Shown piece by piece: positions 8,011 through 14,448 of a stretch of 41,175 nucleotides of DNA. The notes under the pieces were generated by a model. The model saw nothing but the letters and a program-made list of their open reading frames with translations, searched no databases and was not told where the DNA came from. Source of the DNA: a virus; the IMG/VR virus record IMGVR_UViG_3300022707_000755; one strand, written 5' to 3'. The position numbers and the translations under genes were made by a program. Numbering within the stretch: position 1 is the stretch's first letter; the number at the start of each line of letters is the position of its first letter.

Positions 8011-8594
8011 ATCTCTATCCTTATATCTATTCAGGATGGTGGATTTGGGGAGTCTCAGACATAAGAAACCCAAACCCAAAAAAATGAGTTTAGTTCTTAT
8101 GGCTCGTCATACATTCAGGCTTGGAGCCATCCGGTACAGCACGAGACAGTCAATAATTGTTAAGGTTATATTGACTCGACATCTTTCCCACCCTTAAGCA
8201 GTCCAGCCCCTGTAATGTCTTTAGAACTCAGTTGCACCATGGGCTATCTTTCAGTGCTTTAAACCTAGGGCGGTGAGTGGGCCGGTGTACTGGCTGACAT
8301 ATCCTTCTAGGTCGTATTGGGCTATCTGCTTGGAGAAGATAATTAATCGCTCTGGCTGCGAACCGGAGGCTTCTGGGAAGGGTCTAGATAGGAAAATTAG
8401 GCATGAAAAAAGGCTTATGTTTGAACAGATAAGGCAAAGTTAATAACCGCTAAGTTAAAGACCCTACCTATCCAAACATAAACCTTCTTCTAACTTATTT
8501 AACTTTCTAGGCCTTAGCGGAAGCCCGTTAACGAAATGGATTATAACAAACCGTCATAATAAACCCAATCCCTAATTTCGATTTATTCCTACAC

Positions 8595-8626
8595 TGCCCG
8601 AAATATAGGCTAGCTGTGGTATAATT
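8595..8626 (+). promoter_or_regulatory. Candidate rightward early promoter with an extended -10 (TGgTATAAT, -10 at 8620-8625)
   Basis: Sequence ctgTGgTATAATtcggg lies 24 nt upstream of the first + strand gene; weak -35. Confidence 0.5.
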
Positions 8627-8648
8627 CGGGCTCAAATAAGGGGTAAAT

Positions 8649-8834
8649 ATGAAGAATGCGTTCGCAGAGAAACTAGCCGAGTTAATAACCCAAGAATTCG
8701 AGAAGGAAGCTGAGTTTTGCGCCACGTCTACCGGCGATAACGAGTGGGCTCTGATATCAGATGACGGGGAAGGTAATTTGATGGAAGTTAAAATTAAGCT
8801 ACGGCCTGATCTTAAAACCTGGGTGGAGGTATAA
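8649..8834 (+). CDS. Small acidic protein, first gene of the rightward early operon
   Basis: ORF track; SD TAAGGGGTA; Glu/Asp-rich. Confidence 0.6.
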   Translation: MKNAFAEKLAELITQEFEKEAEFCATSTGDNEWALISDDGEGNLMEVKIKLRPDLKTWVEV

Positions 8835-8836
8835 TC

Positions 8837-9106
8837 ATGGGTAATATAATCCAGTTTCCATGTATAAACTCCGAGAACATCGGCTATGATATATCTAATG
8901 GCAATGGCGATGCTGTCATGGATAAAGGGCTTGATCTTATCGTAGGCTTTGATGAGGGCAGCGTAGAAAGCGTTTTCATAGCTGTTAATGGCGAAGGTAT
9001 CCATACAGACAGAAAGCGCCTAGCAGAGTTCCTGTGGTGTGCTGCGTACATGGTGGATAGTGAGCAGCGGTTTGCAGAGGGAGAATACCCAGCAAGGAAC
9101 TATTAA
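8837..9106 (+). CDS. Hypothetical acidic protein
   Basis: ORF track. Confidence 0.6.
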   Translation: MGNIIQFPCINSENIGYDISNGNGDAVMDKGLDLIVGFDEGSVESVFIAVNGEGIHTDRKRLAEFLWCAAYMVDSEQRFAEGEYPARNY

Positions 9107-9108
9107 TA

Positions 9109-9276
9109 ATGACTGAACCACAACTAGGCAACCTAATGGTCTACATCACTGCAACGGCACGGCTTGAGGCTTTGTCAGCTGTTAACGAGCACCCAGCATC
9201 AAAGAAGTACAGGGACGCTTTAAATGTTGCAGCCGAGTATGCCGATAAGTTAAGGGAGTCCGTTAAAAATGGATAA
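9109..9276 (+). CDS. Hypothetical protein (55 aa)
   Basis: Hand translation MTEPQLGNLMVYITATARLEALSAV... Confidence 0.5.
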   Translation: MTEPQLGNLMVYITATARLEALSAVNEHPASKKYRDALNVAAEYADKLRESVKNG

Positions 9277-9433
9277 CGTAACAGCGATTAAAACCGTAGA
9301 CCGGCCTCACACTGTTGCCTTGATTACGGCGATTGAAGAGGCTATTGAAGAGGTAGCTCTTGGTAATATGACTGCCGTAGAAATCATTGGGTGCCTGCAC
9401 ATGGTGGCCGCTAACTACCTACCTAAAGATTAA
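9269..9433 (+). CDS. Hypothetical protein (54 aa)
   Basis: Hand translation MDNVTAIKTVDRPHTVALITAIEEAIEEV...; ATG overlaps the upstream gene end. Confidence 0.5.
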   Translation: MDNVTAIKTVDRPHTVALITAIEEAIEEVALGNMTAVEIIGCLHMVAANYLPKD

Positions 9434-9443
9434 CCAACCCTTT

Positions 9444-9496
9444 AAAGCCCTTACCGTGTCACGCCTTAATTGGTTATTTCAGGGTAGGGGCTTTTT
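9444..9496 (+). terminator. Intrinsic terminator (12-bp stem AAAGCCCTTACC / GGTAGGGGCTTT, then a T-run)
   Basis: Hand-folded; followed by TTTTTAATGCCT, the same 12-mer that follows the terminator at 12441-12477. Confidence 0.7.
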
Positions 9497-9534
9497 AATG
9501 CCTGTTGAACCTGTAAGTATTTCTTACAAGTTGC

Positions 9535-9562
9535 TTGATTGTGGCCACAGATGGGTTATAGT
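9535..9562 (+). promoter_or_regulatory. Candidate sigma70-type promoter (TTGATT - 16 nt - TATAGT)
   Basis: Hexamers read directly; just downstream of a terminator and upstream of the gene at 9588. Confidence 0.5.
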
Positions 9563-9587
9563 GTGGGCACACATAAGGGAGAAGATA

Positions 9588-9740
9588 ATGAAGACAGCAA
9601 CACACGCCACAAGATCATGGCCTAGAGATCTATTTAAAATGATAGATGGTAAATGGCACACATGGTCGCAAAATAATAAATGGGTAAGGTGCCACAATGG
9701 TTTCAATACATCTAATTTAGTAAGACTAGGTGGCGGGTAG
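9588..9740 (+). CDS. Hypothetical protein (50 aa; track ORF 9387..9740 extends upstream across the terminator)
   Basis: ATG at 9588 is preceded by SD AAGGGAGA. Confidence 0.5.
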   Translation: MKTATHATRSWPRDLFKMIDGKWHTWSQNNKWVRCHNGFNTSNLVRLGGG

Positions 9741-9786
9741 GTTAGTACAGTACTAATTAACTAATAACCATTAATAAGGGGATTAC

Positions 9787-9975
9787 ATGAAAAAACTAGG
9801 TGTTAGATTTGATACTGAAAAGGTTAATAGCGATCTTGGCAGGATCGGCAAGCATACGGGCAAATCTAAGTCTGAGGTAGCTAGAACTGCTATGCAAATT
9901 GGACTGGACTGCCTTGACGGTTATTTATTAAATAGGCGTGAGATTGCCATTCAGCTTATAGAGGAGTTTAAATAA
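9787..9975 (+). CDS. Ribbon-helix-helix (Arc/CopG-like) DNA-binding protein
   Basis: N-terminal beta strand LGVRFD followed by ...SKSEVARTAMQIGLD helices; recognised by eye. Confidence 0.45.
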   Translation: MKKLGVRFDTEKVNSDLGRIGKHTGKSKSEVARTAMQIGLDCLDGYLLNRREIAIQLIEEFK

Positions 9976-10259
9976 TGCCTGACCATATCAAGCGGGACAA
10001 GATAATAGTGAGCGAATTAAAGCCATGCCCATTCTGCGGCGATACACCAAAACTTCCAAGTGGTGACGGCACTGAATACGAAATAGAATGTAATTGTGGT
10101 ATGGCCATGTCATCAGTGCAGATATGCGACCTAATGACAATTAACGAGCGGCAGTCTGATGAGTTTATTGACCATCGCTATCAAGAGGTTTTTGTCGCGA
10201 GGGCAAGAGATCAAGCTATTATCAATTGGAATAAGCGGGACAAGGAGGCGGGGAAGTAA
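9975..10259 (+). CDS. Lar-family (restriction-alleviation-like) zinc-ribbon protein
   Basis: SELKPCPFCG..(x)..YEIECNCG matches the Lar-family N-terminal zinc-ribbon pattern. Confidence 0.55.
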   Translation: MPDHIKRDKIIVSELKPCPFCGDTPKLPSGDGTEYEIECNCGMAMSSVQICDLMTINERQSDEFIDHRYQEVFVARARDQAIINWNKRDKEAGK

Positions 10260-10462
10260 TGGAATACCAAGAAGCGTGTGAAAAATTAGCCCTGATGATT
10301 ATTAAGGATAATCACGCCAGGGTGAGCTATGGCTGGCCAATTGAATACTTTCATAAGTTAATTGGTGATGGCGAAACGAATGCGATGGCCTTATCAATAG
10401 TGAAGGCAGAGGGCGGTTTTGAAGGTTACGAAGCTACGCACGATGAGAGATTCGAAGCTTAA
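10259..10462 (+). CDS. Hypothetical protein
   Basis: ORF track; TAATG coupling. Confidence 0.6.
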   Translation: MEYQEACEKLALMIIKDNHARVSYGWPIEYFHKLIGDGETNAMALSIVKAEGGFEGYEATHDERFEA

Positions 10463-10500
10463 ATATCAACCCATAGACTATAACTAATAAGGTGATGAAT

Positions 10501-10782
10501 ATGATTGTAACGAAAGAGCTTAAGAGTTTAGAAGATTTTCAAGGACTAAAGAAAGGTGATGTTGTTGCGGTAGAGTGGCGTCGAGATGTACCTGTGAACA
10601 AGAGAGGCACAAAAAAAACTCGTTTTGCCAGTTATGAAATTGCGGATAATCTAGAGCGCACAACAGAGATAATCCTACATAAGCCGATGAATATTTATTT
10701 CAATTACTCAATGTTTCTAAACCCAGAAGAAATGGGTGTAAGCAATGTTCGTACGATTACGCTATTAATCGCTGAAGTTTAA
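10501..10782 (+). CDS. Hypothetical protein (start moved to the ATG best spaced from SD TAAGGTG; track start 10492 is a GTG)
   Basis: ORF track plus SD spacing. Confidence 0.6.
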   Translation: MIVTKELKSLEDFQGLKKGDVVAVEWRRDVPVNKRGTKKTRFASYEIADNLERTTEIILHKPMNIYFNYSMFLNPEEMGVSNVRTITLLIAEV

Positions 10783-10813
10783 TAACCGCCCTATGGGCAT
10801 AAGGGATAGACAA

Positions 10814-11098
10814 ATGAATAAGCACAGCAAGTACCGCAAGTTATTAGACGATGTAAAGGATCAAGTATGCAATGCTGAAATAGGCGTAACTGGCGTTTAC
10901 CAGTTAATGCTTGAAACCCTGCATAAGGCTGAGAAAGAAGAAGAGGCGCTACAGGCTCATATAGTTTCGTTAAGAAACGCTATTGCAGGCCCTAGTGCAT
11001 ACCTTGACAGCAATAAAATGAATACCCTGGGGCGTGATTGTGTTTACCACCAGATAATGAAGGAAGCATTAGAGAATACCGAACCACCAACCCTATAG
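10814..11098 (+). CDS. Hypothetical coiled-coil protein (start at the ATG after SD TAAGGGATAG; track start 10793)
   Basis: ORF track plus the genome-wide SD motif. Confidence 0.55.
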   Translation: MNKHSKYRKLLDDVKDQVCNAEIGVTGVYQLMLETLHKAEKEEEALQAHIVSLRNAIAGPSAYLDSNKMNTLGRDCVYHQIMKEALENTEPPTL

Positions 11099-11144
11099 CA
11101 CTTAATATGCTATATAAGGCCATTACATTTTAAAGGGGTAGGAT

Positions 11145-11327
11145 ATGTATAAGTATATTTTAACCGTGTGGTTCAAGTTTAAATACCGGCATATTTCTTA
11201 TAATGAAGTTTGTTGTTGTGGCGAGGGCATGGAAAGCCACAGTGCTTATTCCAATCATAGCCCCGTTTGCGAGAAGGAATGGGCAATAGAAAGCGCAGTT
11301 GATCGGATTATTAAGGGGGGTAAGTAA
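11145..11327 (+). CDS. Small Cys-rich protein
   Basis: ORF track; ...EVCCCGEGMESHSAYSNHSPVC... Confidence 0.55.
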   Translation: MYKYILTVWFKFKYRHISYNEVCCCGEGMESHSAYSNHSPVCEKEWAIESAVDRIIKGGK

Positions 11328-11677
11328 TGGATATATCTACACTAAGCGATGAAGAGCTTAACAGGGCTATGATATGGATTAATCCTCCAGCTCATGGAGT
11401 TTTTACGGATGATGAATGTGGCGTGTATTCAAACTCTGTTCGTGGCCATGGTTGCAATAAGATTGACTATTTAGAAGACTGGTCATTAACTGGGCCTCTT
11501 ATGGTTAAGTATATGGGCAGTCACAGGTATGAGATTGATTTTTATCGCGACAAGGACGATGACGAATACAAAGTGGAATCACTTATCGATGATTGCTGCT
11601 ATATATTTGCAAATATAAACCCACTACGCGCCATATGTGAAGTAATTATTATGATTGAAATGGCTAATAAATCTTAA
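11327..11677 (+). CDS. DUF2591-like phage protein
   Basis: LSDEELNRAMIWI..., DYLEDWSLTGPLMVKY and NPLRAICEVI fit the DUF2591 pattern. Confidence 0.55.
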   Translation: MDISTLSDEELNRAMIWINPPAHGVFTDDECGVYSNSVRGHGCNKIDYLEDWSLTGPLMVKYMGSHRYEIDFYRDKDDDEYKVESLIDDCCYIFANINPLRAICEVIIMIEMANKS

Positions 11678-11894
11678 AGTAAATATCAGTGATATTAATC
11701 TAATAAGGTTTATTATGTAGTTGTGGTCGCGGTGGGATGCCCTATGAAATGAAGCTTAGTGCACTGAGTGGATACCCTGGCAGTCTCGGGCTATGACTGT
11801 CCGCCACAAACCTCCGTTATCACTATTCTATAGGTGTTAGAAATGTGGACTGAAACTGGGCAGTATATCCCGGTGCCAAATTAAGGGGGATTGA

Positions 11895-12017
11895 ATGCTA
11901 TTATTTCTTATTCAGTTGTCCGCATGTATCGCAGAGAAAAGTCCAGCGCCTAGAGAAGATTTACCTAGCTGGCACACCTCAAGAACCAGCCGACCCCTAC
12001 AGGTAGGCTATGGCTGA
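11895..12017 (+). CDS. Possible 40-aa lipobox peptide inside the ORF-poor locus (doubtful)
   Basis: Strong SD TTAAGGGGGAT 4 nt before the ATG; MLLFLIQLSAC has an L-S-A-C lipobox but no basic n-region; overlaps predicted RNA helices. Confidence 0.25.
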   Translation: MLLFLIQLSACIAEKSPAPREDLPSWHTSRTSRPLQVGYG

Positions 12018-12146
12018 GACAGCTTTAGGTGCAACTGCGATACTGTCGGCACCGGTAACAAATGGCAGAATGATTTATGATTCGACTGAGACAACAGTAA
12101 ATCCGTGTTCTCGTGCCGTACCACGGGAACCAATAGAGTTTATTTG

Positions 12147-12253
12147 GTAGCTATCTTACTTGGTGACGTGTGTTCTGAAAGGTTCGATTCCTTAATTTGC
12201 CTTGGTGGCCGGATAATGCTGGAGGGTTCGATTCCCCGGAGATAGCTACACCA
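12147..12253 (+). ncRNA. Non-canonical tRNA-like module: a 10-bp acceptor-like helix ending in A-CCA that encloses two T-arm-like hairpins and a D-arm-like hairpin
   Basis: GTAGCTATCT (12147-12156) pairs perfectly with AGATAGCTAC (12240-12249), followed by ACCA; T-loop hairpins at 12179-12193 and 12222-12237 each carry GGTTCGATTCC; GCC-TTGGT-GGC hairpin at 12199-12209. No cloverleaf or anticodon arm could be drawn. Confidence 0.55.
12159..12235 (+). repeat. Tandem duplication of a CTTGGTG - 15 to 17 nt - GGTTCGATTCC unit
   Basis: CTTGGTG at 12159 and 12201; GGTTCGATTCC at 12181 and 12225 (period 42-44 nt). Confidence 0.8.
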
Positions 12254-12346
12254 ATAGGCTTTAAGTCTATTAAACCATATCAATCACTTAGGAGGTGTCC
12301 GAGATTAGAAGTGTAGTACTTGAATTTGGATATTCACAAAACCTTT

Positions 12347-12378
12347 AGGCCCTTTTCATTATGACTAGGGCTTTTTTT
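12347..12378 (+). terminator. Intrinsic terminator (AGGCCC / GGGCTT stem, 15-nt loop, T7 run)
   Basis: Hand-folded. Confidence 0.6.
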
Positions 12379-12440
12379 ATATCTGGGTTATACTCAGCGC
12401 AGGTGTTTGAGATATAGTGTTTCTTTCGTCTATCCCTTAA

Positions 12441-12477
12441 AACCCTAATCTAGCTAATCACTGGATTGGGGTTTTTT
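12441..12477 (+). terminator. Intrinsic terminator (10-bp stem AACCCTAATC / GATTGGGGTT, T-run)
   Basis: Hand-folded; followed by TTTTTAATGCCT as at 9492-9503. Confidence 0.75.
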
Positions 12478-12491
12478 AATGCCTATCTATA

Positions 12492-12520
12492 TTGACTTAG
12501 TACCTATAACCATATATATT
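12492..12520 (+). promoter_or_regulatory. Candidate sigma70-type promoter (TTGACT - 17 nt - TATATT)
   Basis: Hexamers read directly; 35 nt upstream of the gene at 12555. Confidence 0.6.
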
Positions 12521-12554
12521 CAATACACATTCAGCCAATACAGGAAATAAACAA

Positions 12555-12716
12555 ATGGCACAAGATGGAAGAGTTACAGTTGTACTTGGCCCTAAGCACG
12601 ACAAGAGTTTAATCTCTGAACTAGAGGCTTATGCGCTTAAACACACAGCTGGCAATGTCACACAGGCAGCTCGCGAATTAATGGCCAAAGGTTTGGTTAA
12701 GGGGTTAAATAAATAA
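12555..12716 (+). CDS. Ribbon-helix-helix DNA-binding protein (53 aa)
   Basis: Hand translation MAQDGRVTVVLGPKHDKSLISELEAYALKHTAGNVTQAARELMAKGL...: a beta strand followed by two helices. Confidence 0.45.
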   Translation: MAQDGRVTVVLGPKHDKSLISELEAYALKHTAGNVTQAARELMAKGLVKGLNK

Positions 12717-12724
12717 GCGATTCA

Positions 12725-12934
12725 ATGAATGAGCTAAAGGAGAGAATGAAGCACGTTAATAGTTCCATCAAAGCAATACATGAGAAGCATGGCAGTGGAA
12801 AGCCTGAATCTCAAATTTTCGATTCCATTGAATGCCCGCAGTGTAAAGGCGTTCTTGAATATACAGTTTCAAGCTATAACGGACACATTCATGGCAGATG
12901 CAAAACAGATGATTGCTTAAGCTGGATGCAGTAA
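12725..12934 (+). CDS. Small zinc-ribbon protein
   Basis: ORF track; CPQC ... H.H.RC....C. Confidence 0.55.
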   Translation: MNELKERMKHVNSSIKAIHEKHGSGKPESQIFDSIECPQCKGVLEYTVSSYNGHIHGRCKTDDCLSWMQ

Positions 12935-12955
12935 TTAACTAATAAGGGGATAGAT

Positions 12956-13474
12956 ATGACAGACGAAGCTAATAAAACGCATTACAGGAAGGCTTTCAAA
13001 TCACCGTATTTGAGTAGCGCTGATATTGTCGGGCCAACAATCCTAACAATTAAGCGCGTGAACCTTGTTGGCGATCAAACCAAGAAAACTAAAGACTCAT
13101 TTAATACTGCCTATTTTGTCGAGTCTCACATTCGACAAGGTGAGCCATTAAAGCCAATGATCTTAAACGCCCATAACTCTAAGATTCTCAAGGACTTGAC
13201 CGGATCACACTTCCTAGAGGACTGGGTTAACGTACCAGTGACTATCTACGTTGATAGCAATGTAAGGTTTGGCCGGGACACCGTAGAGGGTTTGCGAATT
13301 AGCCCGCAGCCACCCGCATTAAGGAAGCCGGTAATCACACCAGAAAATACAAAGATGTGGAATAACGCCAAGAATGCATTTAATCGTGATGGAAATCTAA
13401 ATGCAGTTTTAGAAAGGGCTGATATGTCACCTGAACATCAGAGCGCCTTGGCTGCTGAGTGTAGCAATGTTTGA
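12956..13474 (+). CDS. Hypothetical protein of the recombination module (possible ssDNA-binding or annealing partner of the exonuclease)
   Basis: ORF track; 8-nt overlap with the YqaJ gene; function inferred from position only. Confidence 0.3.
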   Translation: MTDEANKTHYRKAFKSPYLSSADIVGPTILTIKRVNLVGDQTKKTKDSFNTAYFVESHIRQGEPLKPMILNAHNSKILKDLTGSHFLEDWVNVPVTIYVDSNVRFGRDTVEGLRISPQPPALRKPVITPENTKMWNNAKNAFNRDGNLNAVLERADMSPEHQSALAAECSNV

Positions 13475-14102
13475 GTTCCATGACATAGAGCAAAACACTG
13501 ATGAGTGGCTGTCTATGCGTGGCGGCAGGCTTACTAGTTCTAAGCTTGCCGTTATCATGGCTAACTATGGTAAAGCCTTTGGTGAGCCTGCCAAGAAGTA
13601 CGCGGTTAATATTGCAATAGAGCAGATCACCGGTAATGCCATAGCTAGTACTTATTCTAACGAGCACATGGAGCGGGGGCACGAACAGGAACCAATAGCC
13701 CGCATGATGTATGAAGGTGAAACGTTCTCAGTAGTTGAGAATGGCGGATTCTTCTGCACTGACTTTATAGGCTGCTCACCTGATGGACTGCCAAGTGGTG
13801 GAGTAATTGAGATCAAGTCGGTTATCGCCAGCGTTCACTATTCAAACATTAAGCGCCAGGGCGTTGATCCCGCTTACCGGTGGCAGTGCATTGGCAATCT
13901 AAAGTTCACCGGTCGTGATTGGTTGGACTTTGTTAGCTACTGTTCTGAGTTCCCACTAGATAAGCAGCTATTTGTTCACCGCATAAAGAAAGAAGACTTA
14001 GAAAAAGAGTTTAAAATGATAGACGATAGGGTGGCTGAATTTAAAGAGCTTGTTCAATCGTCCAAGAAATTAATTTTAGAAAGCAGTTATTCAAACCACT
14101 AG
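13467..14102 (+). CDS. YqaJ-type (lambda Exo-like, PD-(D/E)XK) recombination exonuclease
   Basis: QNTDEWLSMRGGRLTSSKLAVI, ERGHEQEPIAR, CSPDGL....IEIKS and RWQCIGNLKFTG fit the YqaJ pattern. Confidence 0.85.
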   Translation: MFEFHDIEQNTDEWLSMRGGRLTSSKLAVIMANYGKAFGEPAKKYAVNIAIEQITGNAIASTYSNEHMERGHEQEPIARMMYEGETFSVVENGGFFCTDFIGCSPDGLPSGGVIEIKSVIASVHYSNIKRQGVDPAYRWQCIGNLKFTGRDWLDFVSYCSEFPLDKQLFVHRIKKEDLEKEFKMIDDRVAEFKELVQSSKKLILESSYSNH

Positions 14103-14111
14103 GGGTAAAAC

Positions 14112-14408
14112 ATGCCACAAGTACTACGACGTGAAAATATAACCATCTCAATCGGCACATACGAGAAAGATGGCGCGACTAAACAGCGATACAAAACAAT
14201 TGGCGAGCTAGTAACCATGCAAGGTGATGACGGTTCTGTTTACCAGTTTGGTGAGATGTGGGGGCCGACCGGCAGCACGAAGTTCAATGTTTATGAGCAG
14301 CAAGATAAGAATGCAGCGGCTCCACAGCAGCAATATGCCCAACCTCAACAGCAGGCACCGGCAGCACCTTATGGCCAGCCACAGCAACAAGCTTACCAGA
14401 AGAAGTAA
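14112..14408 (+). CDS. Small OB-fold-like protein with a Gln/Pro/Ala-rich tail (possible ssDNA-binding protein)
   Basis: ORF track; low-complexity C-terminus AAAPQQQYAQPQQQAPAAPYGQPQQQAYQKK; position next to the exonuclease. Confidence 0.35.
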   Translation: MPQVLRRENITISIGTYEKDGATKQRYKTIGELVTMQGDDGSVYQFGEMWGPTGSTKFNVYEQQDKNAAAPQQQYAQPQQQAPAAPYGQPQQQAYQKK

Positions 14409-14448
14409 TAACACTAACAACGCCCTTAGGGGCTATAGGGATAGGATA

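Larger units (their letters stand above)
11721..12378 (+). ncRNA. Candidate structured non-coding RNA locus, class unknown
   Basis: No ORF of 60 codons or more on either strand across 11678-12554; many hand-foldable helices; embedded tRNA-like module; ends at a + strand intrinsic terminator. Confidence 0.4.

Noticed and set aside
8528-9004. 158-aa minus-strand ORF spanning the control region and the first rightward genes
   Set aside because: It overlaps three well-formed + strand genes and the rightward promoter, and it has no SD.
9387-9587. N-terminal extension of track ORF 9387..9740
   Set aside because: It starts at a TTG inside the preceding gene and runs through an intrinsic terminator and a promoter. 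The ATG at 9588 has a good SD.
10150-10185. Hammerhead-like CUGAUGAG core
   Set aside because: It lies inside the Lar-like ORF, with no adjacent GAAA core element or stems I-III.
12147-12253. Canonical tRNA or tmRNA gene
   Set aside because: There is an acceptor-like helix, two T-loops and an ACCA end. However, no D stem or anticodon arm can be drawn, the length is about 107 nt, 17 nt (not 13) separate the last T-loop from the CCA, and there is no G3:U70 pair or tag ORF as in tmRNA. I report it as a tRNA-like ncRNA instead.
12181-12253. attP core made of the 3' part of a host tRNA gene
   Set aside because: No integrase or excisionase is present in the genome, and the T-arm to CCA geometry is not that of a real tRNA 3' half.
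14224-14448. N-terminal extension of track ORF 14224..14646
   Set aside because: It is an alternative frame of the Gln-rich tail of the preceding gene. The ATG at 14449 has an SD and begins the hydrophobic segment.
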